Of a stretch of DNA of 64,000 nt, positions 48,365 through 58,119 are shown piece after piece. Location of the stretch: contig CBDBCF010000001.1 in the NCBI GenBank assembly GCA_965202985.1, positions 512,001 to 576,000 of the forward strand, in the 5' to 3' direction. This stretch comes from Longimicrobiales bacterium (GTDB taxonomy: Bacteria; Gemmatimonadota; Gemmatimonadetes; Longimicrobiales; Gaopeijiaceae). The position numbers were made by a program, and so were the translations under genes. Position 1 is the stretch's first letter; every line of letters begins with the position of its first letter. The notes under the pieces are model-generated. The model saw only the letters and a list, made by a program, of their open reading frames with translations, made no database searches and was not told where the DNA came from.

Positions 48365-50346
48365 TTGCGTCTCTCTCTGTTACGTGCAGCCGACTTATCG
48401 AAATCTGCATCAAGCCTCTCCAACGTCGCCATGAGCTGAAGGACCTTTTGCTCTTGGTTGAGATACTCGGCGTAGCTTCGCTCCGCTTCCAGGACGAGCT
48501 GATCGTACGTCACCCAGCGGGCGTCGATTGCCTCCATCATCCTTCTGTTTTCCTTCTTGTGCTCGTCGGTGTCGTCGGGAAGCGGAGGCCTTCCGAGGAT
48601 GGTGACCAACTGAATCGGTCTTGGGTCGTCTGGAAACCTCTGCGACAAACACTTCTGCAATGCATTCCTGTATTTTCGCAATTGACCGACCAATACGTGT
48701 GTCTTGACCGCCTTTTCGTGTCTCTTCAATTCTACGATTACATGAGTGCCTACAGCCGTTCGGTAGCGAATGTCGATTCGACCCCTCTTTTCCTCGTCCG
48801 AAAGCTTCAGGTTCCCTTCCGTCGAAAATTCTCTCATCACCGTCGATTCGATGTGAGCATCGGAGGTGGCGCGCTCCAGAGATGGATGAAGGAGCCAAAG
48901 ATGATCAAAAATAAAATCCTGCAGTATCTTCTCCAGGGCCGTTGGCGCAATGTTGATCAATTTCCGGATCACACCGAGTCGGCCCTTGACGATGTCGTAG
49001 TAGTGAACTGCTTCAACCTCGTCAATGCCTCGGATCAGCCTCGACAGCACCTGAAAATCTCTCTCGGTCTCAATGTTGTCCAGGTCGCTTAGCATGTCCC
49101 GAAGCGAGAGTTTCTCAAACGCGAGAATGCTTGCTTTGTAGATCTCCTTCTTTGCGGCCACGTCGGGCAGCGCCAGCGATTCGATTTTTCCGAACAGATT
49201 CTTCGCCATCCTCTTCCTGTCCGGGCCAAGCTGTCCATACCATTCACTGATGCTCGGATAGACAAGTGCTCGCTTTGTGCCATCTTCCTTTCTTAGCGTC
49301 GCCCACTGGTCTCTGATCCTTCTGAGCGCTCGGTGTACGAACTCCTTGACCGCCTTGTAACGCAGATCATCTTCCTTTACGCTTTGGCGGCCACTCGTGA
49401 CAATGTCTTCTCCGTCGTTATCCAGGAAGTCGGCGTTGATTTCGCCGACAATGTATTGCGCGTAAACTCCCGCTTCCTTGAAATCCGGCAATATGTTCTC
49501 ATGCACTAGCCGACCTCGAGACAAAAGTACGATCGAATTGTTGACGTCGTTGAGCGTCTCGGGCCGGTCCACCGTACCAATCCATCCACTGATGTCGTGA
49601 TTCTGTCCCCCTATCCGAATGGTCGAATCCATTGGCGTCGTCTGCCTAATGGACCCGAACGAGTTTTGTGTCGCATCGCCTCCAAGGGTCCAGATAAATT
49701 CGAGCTTGTCGTAGTAAGCGCGATCCTGGGGTCCAATCGATTCGCCGTCGATCAAGACCCGAAAGTCATGGACCTGGCCGATGATGCTGAATCTTCGCGC
49801 GAGGCGCCTCTTGAGATGAGGTCCTGTACGCGTCAGCGCTTTGTCCAACTCCCGAAGCACAAGTCGAGTGCCCGTCGCCATGCCGGAAACTTGTGGCGAA
49901 ATTGGTTCTGGATTGTAGGTGGCAGAATCGTCGAGGCGAATGCGCTCTTCGATATCTTGCCGATCCATCCGGAACGCGAAGGGCTCGTGGTCATCCTGAC
50001 GGGTATGCACTTCAACAACCCGCGCAATGGCGAAAGTTGCCAGCTTGCCTATGCCCTTGCGTCCCATCACCAGGCGGCCTAGTTGTGTCGTGGTGTCATG
50101 CTGTCGGCGCTGGTAGCCCACCTTTAAAAAGCGATCGTTGATGTCGTCCATGGTCATGCCGCAACCGTCGTCGGTCACCTCGATGACTCCGGCGTCAATG
50201 TTCAACTGGATCAACACGTTGGACGCATCAGCGTCCCATGCATTTGCAACGAGTTCGGACAGCACGGCGGGGATGTTGCTATACAGGCCGATCCCCAGGT
50301 GGTTGAGAACGTTCAAGCTCAGGGTCATCCGGTATTGGGGAGGCAT
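48361..50346 (-). CDS. GHKL-ATPase + PD-(D/E)XK restriction endonuclease (HgiDII/BbrUII-like)
   Basis: LNHLGIGLYSN...ELVANAWDADA, DDGCGM, MGRKGIGKLA, GT; C-term GRIDIRY...VIVELKR; low GC; downstream of a C5 MTase. Confidence 0.85.
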   Translation of the reverse strand: MPPQYRMTLSLNVLNHLGIGLYSNIPAVLSELVANAWDADASNVLIQLNIDAGVIEVTDDGCGMTMDDINDRFLKVGYQRRQHDTTTQLGRLVMGRKGIGKLATFAIARVVEVHTRQDDHEPFAFRMDRQDIEERIRLDDSATYNPEPISPQVSGMATGTRLVLRELDKALTRTGPHLKRRLARRFSIIGQVHDFRVLIDGESIGPQDRAYYDKLEFIWTLGGDATQNSFGSIRQTTPMDSTIRIGGQNHDISGWIGTVDRPETLNDVNNSIVLLSRGRLVHENILPDFKEAGVYAQYIVGEINADFLDNDGEDIVTSGRQSVKEDDLRYKAVKEFVHRALRRIRDQWATLRKEDGTKRALVYPSISEWYGQLGPDRKRMAKNLFGKIESLALPDVAAKKEIYKASILAFEKLSLRDMLSDLDNIETERDFQVLSRLIRGIDEVEAVHYYDIVKGRLGVIRKLINIAPTALEKILQDFIFDHLWLLHPSLERATSDAHIESTVMREFSTEGNLKLSDEEKRGRIDIRYRTAVGTHVIVELKRHEKAVKTHVLVGQLRKYRNALQKCLSQRFPDDPRPIQLVTILGRPPLPDDTDEHKKENRRMMEAIDARWVTYDQLVLEAERSYAEYLNQEQKVLQLMATLERLDADFDKSAARNRERRK

Positions 50347-50419
50347 AGCGACCGGGTTCGGCGTCCGCAACGCGGAGTCGCCTTCCCGTACCATGGGGCG
50401 AACCGCAAGCCCTACGGCA

Positions 50420-51520
50420 CTACCGGTAGGCGACATGTTCCGCCACGCTCGCCGCAATCGCCTCTCCCATGGCCACCGGCACGGCATTGCCGATCTGGCG
50501 GCCCACGTGTTCGAAGGTCGCCCGCTGCCCCGGCGGAACGAAGTCGTAGTCTGGGGGGAACGTTTGTAGCAGGGCGGCTTCGCGCAGGGAGATTGCGCGG
50601 TCCTGTTCGGGGTGCCCGAACCGGCCCCGGCCGTAGCTGAAACAACCAGTCGTGATCGTGGGCGACGGCTCGTCCCACGCCATGCGGCCGTATACGTTCC
50701 TGTACCACTTTCCGGAGCGCTTGCGGTGGCAACGGGTAACGAGGTCGCTCGGCCAGTCGTGCCAAGTGCCGCCGGGGACCGACGCCCTAATCCGTCGCAG
50801 GTTCATGTCGGACAGCTTGGCGGCGGCGTGGAGCGGATCGCGGGAATGGACTTGTCCGGAGGAGATGGGCGGCAGCACTCCGATGAATTCGCGCACCGTG
50901 CGCGGACGCCGGCGCGGGTCTGTCGGAGCCTTGAGCACCAGCCGTCCCAGCTTGGACGCAAGCAAGACCAAGCGCTTTCGCCGTTGGGGCACGCCGTAGC
51001 GAGTGCAATCCACGACCCGAACCGAAACCTCGTACTCTTCCTCCAGCCGTTCGACAAACTGGCCGAATACCTCGCCGCCTCGGAACGAGACCAGTCGGGG
51101 AACGTTTTCCATGGACACGACATCAGGCCCGAGTTCCATGATGCGCTCTGCAAACAGAGGGACGAGCGACCACTTGTCGGTTCGGCGCTTCGTCGCCTCG
51201 GGGGTGTAGGACGAGAATGGGGCGCAGGGCGCGCATCCTACTAGAATCCGTCGCGTCCCTGGAGGGTAGAGCGCCGCCAAGTCGCCAGCCGAAAGGGTAT
51301 CCAGGGACGCATGGACGAACTTGGCCCGATTGTTCCGCTCGAACGGATACCGGCAGGCCGGGTCCACGTCGATCCCCGCGACGACCCGAAACCCTGCTCG
51401 GCGGAACCCCTGGCTGAGCCCCCCTGCCCCGCAGAAGACGTCGACCACGGTCCAGTCCTCTCGAGCCGACGTCTCCGATGCCCCCACTACGGTCGCGGAC
51501 TTCACGGCTTGATCCCCCAT
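50420..51520 (-). CDS. C5 DNA cytosine methyltransferase
   Basis: DVFCGAGG, GCAPCAPFS, MENVP, YGVPQRRKR, SLREAALLQTFP, QIGNAVP. Confidence 0.96.
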   Translation of the reverse strand: MGDQAVKSATVVGASETSAREDWTVVDVFCGAGGLSQGFRRAGFRVVAGIDVDPACRYPFERNNRAKFVHASLDTLSAGDLAALYPPGTRRILVGCAPCAPFSSYTPEATKRRTDKWSLVPLFAERIMELGPDVVSMENVPRLVSFRGGEVFGQFVERLEEEYEVSVRVVDCTRYGVPQRRKRLVLLASKLGRLVLKAPTDPRRRPRTVREFIGVLPPISSGQVHSRDPLHAAAKLSDMNLRRIRASVPGGTWHDWPSDLVTRCHRKRSGKWYRNVYGRMAWDEPSPTITTGCFSYGRGRFGHPEQDRAISLREAALLQTFPPDYDFVPPGQRATFEHVGRQIGNAVPVAMGEAIAASVAEHVAYR

Positions 51521-51707
51521 TTCGGTCCGATCCTCCTCCGCACGGTGCTTCGAATGCCCCGGTGGCACCCCGGAAATGTCGTTGCGACGCGCCCGGCCCG
51601 CAACCCGAGCCCGGGTCCGCGGCGAAGTGGCCCGCTAGGCTAGGCTTTTTCGCGGACGGCGCGCTAGATTCTCCCAGTGCTCGTTGGATTGCCCGACCAG
51701 GAGGACT

Positions 51708-51983
51708 ATGCTGGACGCTCTTCGGGCAGAAAGGAAGCTCAACATGCTAGGCGGACTCGGAATCCAGGAACTCGGCCTGCTACTCCCTGCGGCTCTCCCG
51801 TCCCTGCTGATCGTCGCGGCCCTGGTGGTGATCGCGGTCAAGACGGTCCAGACGGCGAGGGCGGTGGACGAGATATCGAGTTCCATGAGGGCGGTCAACA
51901 GACAGTTGCAGAAGATCGCGGGCGCCCTTGGGGAGCCGGAAGCGCGGCAGGGAACAGGACCGGAGCGGCCACAGTCCGAATAG
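51708..51983 (+). CDS. Small single-pass membrane protein
   Basis: GGAGGA RBS; MLGGLGIQEL then a TM helix; alternative start 51744. Confidence 0.6.
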   Translation: MLDALRAERKLNMLGGLGIQELGLLLPAALPSLLIVAALVVIAVKTVQTARAVDEISSSMRAVNRQLQKIAGALGEPEARQGTGPERPQSE

Positions 51984-52069
51984 GACACGGGCCGTCGCGA
52001 CTTGGCGGTCCATTCGCGGAACGCCGATTCGATTTGTCCCGATCGGCAATCTGATTTACAATCCGTGCC

Positions 52070-53272
52070 ATGATCGTTCGCACACTTGAGCCGTGTCTGC
52101 GCCGGGCCGCCCGCGAGTCGCCGGTGGTCGCGGTCACCGGCCCCCGCCAGTCGGGCAAGACGACCTTGTGTCGGGCGTGCTTCCCGGACCACGAGTACGT
52201 GAGCCTGGAGGCGCTGGACATGCGCGAGTTCGCGGAGACCGATCCGAGGGGGTTTCTGGCCCAGCACTCCGGCCCCGTGGTGTTCGACGAAGTTCAGCGG
52301 GCGCCCACCCTGTTCTCGTATCTGCAGGGAGACGTGGACGCGGACCCGGCGCCGGGCCGATTCGTGCTGACCGGTTCGCAGCACTTCGGCCTGACGGAAG
52401 CGATCAGCCAGTCGCTGGCCGGTCGGGTGTCCGCGCTCAACCTTCTGCCGCTGAGCCTGGAGGAGATCGGGCGCTTTCCGTCCAAGACGCGCCCCCTTCC
52501 CAGCGCCCCCGACGACCTTTGGGCCACCGTGTGGACGGGCGGCTATCCCCGAATCCACGACAAGAACCTTCGGGCGGATCAATGGCTGGCCGGGTACGCC
52601 GACACTTACGTCCAGCAGGACGTTCGCCAGGTGCTCCAGGTGACCAACCTGATCGCCTTCACCACCTTCTTGCGCTTGGCGGCGGGGCGCACGGCCCAAG
52701 AGCTCAACCTGTCGTCGCTGGGGTCGGACGCGGGCGTGGCCCACGGGACCGTCCGGGGATGGCTTTCGGTGCTCGAAGCCAGCTTCGTCGTCTTTCGCGC
52801 GGCCCCGTGGCTGCGGAACTTCCGCAAGCGCTTGGTCAAGGCGCCCAAGCTGCACTTCGTGGACTCCGGGCTCGCGTGTCACTTGCTCGGGATTCGCGAC
52901 CCCGACCAGCTGCGCGTCCACCCGCTGCGGGGCGCGCTGTTCGAGAGCTGGTGCGCCTCCGAGGTCCTCAAAGCGCGCGTGCATCGAGGCGAGACGGGCG
53001 ACCTCTTCCACCTTCGCGAGGCGAGAGGCGTGGAGCTGGACTTGGTGGTCGAGTCGGCCCGCCGCACGATCGCCGTGGAGATGAAGTCGGGCGCCACCGT
53101 CGCGTCCGAGTTCTTTCGGGCGCTGGAGACGTTCCCCGATCGCGCCCGGCACGCCAACCCGCACCTGGAGCCCGTCGCCCGGCTGATCTACGGCGGGGGC
53201 GGCCCGCTGGGGCGCCGGAGCAGCGCCGAGGTCGTTCCCTGGGCCGCCATCCAAGACATGGACTGGACGTGA
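52070..53272 (+). CDS. AAA_14 ATPase with DUF4143 domain
   Basis: VTGPRQSGKTT, FDEVQRAP, LTGSQ, SLAGR, GGYP, KRLVKAPKLHFVDSGL, ELDLVV...AVEMKSG. Confidence 0.93.
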   Translation: MIVRTLEPCLRRAARESPVVAVTGPRQSGKTTLCRACFPDHEYVSLEALDMREFAETDPRGFLAQHSGPVVFDEVQRAPTLFSYLQGDVDADPAPGRFVLTGSQHFGLTEAISQSLAGRVSALNLLPLSLEEIGRFPSKTRPLPSAPDDLWATVWTGGYPRIHDKNLRADQWLAGYADTYVQQDVRQVLQVTNLIAFTTFLRLAAGRTAQELNLSSLGSDAGVAHGTVRGWLSVLEASFVVFRAAPWLRNFRKRLVKAPKLHFVDSGLACHLLGIRDPDQLRVHPLRGALFESWCASEVLKARVHRGETGDLFHLREARGVELDLVVESARRTIAVEMKSGATVASEFFRALETFPDRARHANPHLEPVARLIYGGGGPLGRRSSAEVVPWAAIQDMDWT

Positions 53273-53317
53273 CCCCGCGCGGCAACGTCCAGTCCGCGGC
53301 GCCCCGGCGCCCGCAAG

Positions 53318-54748
53318 TCAGTTGATCCCCACGCGCCCTTCCACATCGGCCAGCATCGACGGCGAGTCGTAGCCCACGCCGTCCTTGAAGACGACGGTGA
53401 CGTTGCGCACCACCGACGGGTCCGCCGTCAGGTCGCCGCGCATGACCACCAAGTCCGCGAGCTTGCCGGCCTCCACGGTCCCCAGGTCGCCGAACACGCC
53501 CAGTACGCGGGCGCCGTTGGCGGTCAGGACTTGCACGGCCTCTTCGGGGGCGAAGCCGGCCTCGATGAAGAGCTCGTAGTTGCGCTGGTCGCCGTAGCCG
53601 GGCAGTGCGCCGCCGTTGCCGGTGGGGTCCACGCCCGCCGCGAGCAGGCCGCCGGCGTCGTGGAACGCCTTCTCGTAGGCCATGGCGTTGAGGAATCCGG
53701 CCTCGGGGCGTCCGATCTCGTCGATCTGGGCCTTGGCCGCCAGATAATCCTCCCGGACGGCCGGCGCCATGGCTCGAAGGGTCCGCTCGTCCCTCGTCGG
53801 GCGTCCCTGCACGAACAGCTCGTACACGGCCAGTGTGGAGGTCATCGCCACGTCGGCGTCGATCATGGCCTTGAAGGTGGCTTGCACTTCGGGGCTGCTC
53901 ACGTCCACGCGCGCGACGGTGTCGCGCAGGTCGGCGGGGCATTCGTCCTTGACCTTGTCGGGCGAGTAGTCGCTGTTCGTGGTCAGGCCGTGCTCGATGT
54001 TGTCGATCCCCAGCGCCACCGCCTCGGTGAAGCTGATCGAGCACAAGTGACCCGTCACCTTCAGCCCCGCCTTGTGCGCCTCGTCGATCGCGGCGGCCAG
54101 CTCGTTGGTGCGGATCGTGGTGTACGCCTTGAGCCACGTGGCGCCCTCGGCCGCCCAGTACCGCACGAACCGCCGCGCCTGCTCGGCGCTCCGGAACCGC
54201 GTCATGATCTCCAGGCTCTCGTCGCCGGTCATGTACGGCGCGGTGATGTGAATGCGCGGCCCCGGCTGCAAGCCCCGTTCGATCTCGTCCTTCAAGTTGA
54301 GCTCGGCATAGGTGGCCAAGCTGCCGGTCGTCCGGATCGTGGTCACGCCCGACGCCAAGTACAAGCGCTGGCCCGTGTAGCTCATCGGGTTCATCCGCCC
54401 GCCCGCCGCCATGTAGAACATGTGGTTGTGCAGCCCCACCATGCCGGGCATGACCGTGTGGCCGGACAGGTCCAAGACGTGCGCGTCGTCGGGCACTCGG
54501 ACGTCGGCGTCGGCCCCGACCGCCGCGATCCGGTTCCCCTCCACGAGAACCGTCTGGCCGCGCCGCGCGGGTCCGCCGGCGCCGTCCAGCAGCGTCGCAC
54601 CCGTCAGCGCGATCACGGGCGCGTCAATGGCCACATAGGACGCCGCCTCCGATTCAGGGGACGGACGCTGGGCAAGGGCGTCGGCGGCGCGCGCAACTTG
54701 TGTACAGGCGAGCGCGACGAAGACGGCGGTCAAAGTTCGGATCGACAT
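53318..54748 (-). CDS. Secreted amidohydrolase-family protein
   Basis: MPGMVGLHNH, KAY, VTGHL, IEHG, AGVD, LGTVEAGKLADLVV. Confidence 0.9.
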   Translation of the reverse strand: MSIRTLTAVFVALACTQVARAADALAQRPSPESEAASYVAIDAPVIALTGATLLDGAGGPARRGQTVLVEGNRIAAVGADADVRVPDDAHVLDLSGHTVMPGMVGLHNHMFYMAAGGRMNPMSYTGQRLYLASGVTTIRTTGSLATYAELNLKDEIERGLQPGPRIHITAPYMTGDESLEIMTRFRSAEQARRFVRYWAAEGATWLKAYTTIRTNELAAAIDEAHKAGLKVTGHLCSISFTEAVALGIDNIEHGLTTNSDYSPDKVKDECPADLRDTVARVDVSSPEVQATFKAMIDADVAMTSTLAVYELFVQGRPTRDERTLRAMAPAVREDYLAAKAQIDEIGRPEAGFLNAMAYEKAFHDAGGLLAAGVDPTGNGGALPGYGDQRNYELFIEAGFAPEEAVQVLTANGARVLGVFGDLGTVEAGKLADLVVMRGDLTADPSVVRNVTVVFKDGVGYDSPSMLADVEGRVGIN

Positions 54749-54829
54749 CGGGCGGCTCCTTCGGCCGGTGAGTGTTCGTGTTGGATTGGCGTCGGTCAGG
54801 GGAAGGCGGCCGTCACGGGCCGGCGGCGG

Positions 54830-57124
54830 TCACGGATTGACGGTGAACATCATGCGCATCCCGGACTCCAGGTGCTCGGAGATGTGGCAGTGGGCCATCC
54901 ACCGGCCCGGATTGGTCACTTCGAGAAGGATGTCGGTCGTGGTTCCGGTGGGCAACAGGACGGTGTCCTTCCATGCCAAGTTCTCGTTCGGCACGCCGTT
55001 GCGCGCCAGCACAAGGAACCGCTGGCCGTGAATGTGAAACGGGTGCTGCATGGCATGAAACGAGCGCCGTTCGTTGTGCAGCCGAAGCTTGACCACGTCG
55101 CCCACGGAGAACTCCCACTCGATCTCCATGTTCTCGCGCCCGCTGGCCGGTTCGCGCACGATCCACCGCACCTCTTCCGACGTGGAGTTCCAGTTCATCA
55201 TGGGCATTGTGCCGCTCCACTCCACCGGATGGAAGTACGCGGAGTCGAAGCGCATGAGCCGGTCCACGACGAAGGGGATGTCGCCGGTCTCCAGCGTGAA
55301 CGTGAGATCGTGGTCCACCGGGGCGTCGAAGTACTCCCGGAACAGGGCGATCTCGCGGGCCGCGTGAAGGTTCGCGCGCGCGCTGTCGAAGGCCAAGGCG
55401 GCGCTGGACCGCCGGCCCGCCGAAGCCAGCGCACTCGGGGCCACGCGCACCGTTCCCAGCGTGTCCGTCTCCTGGAAGAACCGGCCGCCCAGGTGGTCGA
55501 TTCCCTGTACCCGGTTGAGCATTGCATAGTCCCCGGGTTGGTCGAAGCGCACATGCGCAACGTACCGCTCGGCCGGACTCAGCACGATGCTCTCCACCCA
55601 CTCCTCGCGCTCGAAGGCGCCCACGTCCGTGCCGACGACCTTCATTCGCGCGCGTCGGACGTCCCCCGGCGTTCCGAACGACACGTTGAACGTTCGCGTG
55701 TTCGACACGTTGGTCAGGTAGAGGCGGACCACCTCGTCGGCGCGCACGTTCAGTTCGTAGTCCGGCTCGCCGTTGACCAGCATCAAGTTGCCGAACCGTC
55801 CCATGAACGCATGCGTGGCGCGGTCGGCGCCGAAGGGCAGGGGCTGATCCATGGCTGGACCGGTCATGAGGAAGTCGTCCAGCATGAGCGCCTCTTCCCG
55901 ATCCGCCGGGCCGTAGTAGTCGGGCTGTCGGGGCTCGACCAGCATGTTGCCGTACAGGCCCAGGTCCTTCAGCACGTCTTCGCGGTGGTGCGGGTGGTAC
56001 CAGTAGATGCCCGGGTCCTTGAAGTGCACTGTGTACCGGAACGTCTCGCCGGGCGCCACGGGCTCCTGCGTGACGCCGGGCACGCCGTCGGAGGCGTTGT
56101 CCAAGCGCAGGCCGTGCCAGTGGATCGTCGTCGGCCACGGCACCGAATTCGTGAAGTCCACCGTGACCGTCGCGGCCTCGGGCACGTGCAGCAGCGGCCC
56201 CGGGTACTGGCCGTTGAAGGCGTACATGACGTGATCGGTTCCGCGGATGCGCCTGCGCACCAGACCGGCCTCCAGAGCTATTGCGCCGCCGTCCTCGATG
56301 CGACGGATCCGGCGGGGACGGGCCAAGGGCAGGTCGGAGAGGTCGGCGACTGCCGGCAGAAAGGGCTCGGCGCCCGGCGGCGCCAGCTCCATGAGCGCGG
56401 GGAACATCGTCAGGCCGGACATCATCCCCGGCCGGGGCCATTGACCGGGGGCCGCTGCCGCGCCCATTCCGTGATGATGCCGGTTGGCCGCGTCCGGCGC
56501 GCCCGTCGTCCCCGTCGCTCCGATCAGAAACTCCTGCATGTCGGGCGGCGACATGCGAGCGCTGGGCGACGTGGCCCGCAGCACAAGTCGGCCCGCCCAT
56601 TCGTCGCCGTCCGGCTGCGCCTCCGCCGTGATCAGGACCATGAACTTGTTGAGCCCGATCTCGCCGATGCTTCGAGTTCCGTTCCCGACCGGCCCCAAGT
56701 TCACGACGGTGTCGAACAACGGCGTCGCCAGCCACGCGACGAAGTGCTCGTAGTCGCCCAGCGAAGTCGGGTTCGGCAAGTCTTCCAGCGTCAAGACGCC
56801 CTCGTACAGGTGACGGCCCGCCGCATCCACGGCGACGCCGAACGGCGAAGGCGGCGTGCGCAGCTCCAGCCGCCCGGACGCAGGCTCCATGCCCGGTCGA
56901 GCCGTCAGGAACACGCAGTACAGATCGCGGCTGGGCTGCAACACGGCGCCGTCCGTCGGGGCCGAGTCGTCGCAGGGCGAAGAGCGGGGCTGGAAAGCGG
57001 CCGACGAAACCGGCAAAGGCACGGCCAGCGCCAGCAACGCCGCAACCGCAGCTCCGCCGACACGGCGCGCAACGACCGCCGACGGGCGGCGCCCAGCGGC
57101 CGACGTTCCGGCTTCCCGCGACAT
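54830..57124 (-). CDS. Multicopper oxidase with extra N-terminal domain
   Basis: IHWHG, WYHPH, HPFHIHG, HCHISEHLESGM copper ligands; ATG 57124 just after the upstream stop. Confidence 0.93.
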   Translation of the reverse strand: MSREAGTSAAGRRPSAVVARRVGGAAVAALLALAVPLPVSSAAFQPRSSPCDDSAPTDGAVLQPSRDLYCVFLTARPGMEPASGRLELRTPPSPFGVAVDAAGRHLYEGVLTLEDLPNPTSLGDYEHFVAWLATPLFDTVVNLGPVGNGTRSIGEIGLNKFMVLITAEAQPDGDEWAGRLVLRATSPSARMSPPDMQEFLIGATGTTGAPDAANRHHHGMGAAAAPGQWPRPGMMSGLTMFPALMELAPPGAEPFLPAVADLSDLPLARPRRIRRIEDGGAIALEAGLVRRRIRGTDHVMYAFNGQYPGPLLHVPEAATVTVDFTNSVPWPTTIHWHGLRLDNASDGVPGVTQEPVAPGETFRYTVHFKDPGIYWYHPHHREDVLKDLGLYGNMLVEPRQPDYYGPADREEALMLDDFLMTGPAMDQPLPFGADRATHAFMGRFGNLMLVNGEPDYELNVRADEVVRLYLTNVSNTRTFNVSFGTPGDVRRARMKVVGTDVGAFEREEWVESIVLSPAERYVAHVRFDQPGDYAMLNRVQGIDHLGGRFFQETDTLGTVRVAPSALASAGRRSSAALAFDSARANLHAAREIALFREYFDAPVDHDLTFTLETGDIPFVVDRLMRFDSAYFHPVEWSGTMPMMNWNSTSEEVRWIVREPASGRENMEIEWEFSVGDVVKLRLHNERRSFHAMQHPFHIHGQRFLVLARNGVPNENLAWKDTVLLPTGTTTDILLEVTNPGRWMAHCHISEHLESGMRMMFTVNP

Positions 57125-57126
57125 CC

Positions 57127-58119
57127 TTACAGCCCCGCCTGCTCCTTGACGTACTGCGCGGCCTCCAAGTGCGTGGCGAACCAGACTTCCTCGCCGCGCA
57201 GCTTGATGTACTGGATCAGCTCCTCCAGCACGACGATCCGCGAGCGGTGGCCGATCACGTGCGGATGCATCGTCAAGAGAAACATGGTGCCTTCTCGGTA
57301 GGCGCCGTCGAAGTCGTCCTTCCATACTTGCAGCACTTCTCGGGGGTTGGCGTAGCGGTCGCCCAGCGGGTTGAGCAGCGGTGCGTCGTCCAGAATCCAC
57401 TCGACCGGCAGCTCCACCATGCCCGTGGGCTCGCCGTGCGCGTCGATCTCGTAGGGGCGGTCGTCGGCCATCAGCGACGAATCGTACAGGAAGCCCATCT
57501 CGCGGATGATCTCCAAGGTGTTGTCGCTGAAGTTCCACGAAGGCGCGCGGTAGCCCAGCGGCCGGACGCCGGTGACGCGGGTCAAGTAGTCCACGGCCCG
57601 TTGCAGAAGCGCGCGTTCGGTCTCTCGGTCCAGGCTGGAGTTGAGTTCGTGAATCCAACCGTGAACGGCGAACTCGTGGTGGCCGGCGGCCTGGATCAGG
57701 TCGATCTGCGACGGATCCAGCACCAAGCTGACGGCGGGGACGAAGAACGAAGCCGGGACGCCTTCCCGATCCAGCAGGTCGACGACGCGCGGCAACGCCA
57801 CGCGGGCGCCGAATTGGCCTCGCGACAAGGAACCGACAGTGGCGTCGCCGTAGCGAAGCCCCGTCACGGTCTCGTTGTCCACGTCGAACGACAGCAGCAC
57901 GGCCACCCGCGCGGCGCCCGGCCACGTCGCCGGCTGGAGGCTTCTTCCCGCCCGAACAGCGTTGACCGTCGTCGCCACGCGCTCGTCCGACCAAGTCCAG
58001 CCTGGTTCGTTCTCCGGCGGCCCGGACTCCGCATCGGGGTGAGCGTCCACCGGGCGACACGCCGAAACGGCGGCCAAGCACGCCAGCCAACGCGCCCCGG
58101 CGCGAATTCGGGCTCTCAT
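57127..58119 (-). CDS. Polysaccharide deacetylase (CE4/NodB-like) lipoprotein
   Basis: LSFDVD, SFFVP, HGWIHE, GYRAPSW, YDSSLM, TMHPHVIG; AVSAC lipobox; ATGA overlap. Confidence 0.9.
   Translation of the reverse strand: MRARIRAGARWLACLAAVSACRPVDAHPDAESGPPENEPGWTWSDERVATTVNAVRAGRSLQPATWPGAARVAVLLSFDVDNETVTGLRYGDATVGSLSRGQFGARVALPRVVDLLDREGVPASFFVPAVSLVLDPSQIDLIQAAGHHEFAVHGWIHELNSSLDRETERALLQRAVDYLTRVTGVRPLGYRAPSWNFSDNTLEIIREMGFLYDSSLMADDRPYEIDAHGEPTGMVELPVEWILDDAPLLNPLGDRYANPREVLQVWKDDFDGAYREGTMFLLTMHPHVIGHRSRIVVLEELIQYIKLRGEEVWFATHLEAAQYVKEQAGL

Noticed and set aside
51708..51983. tatA call from the MLGGLGIQEL start
   Set aside because: Lacks the FG hinge and K(L/I)P amphipathic helix of TatA.
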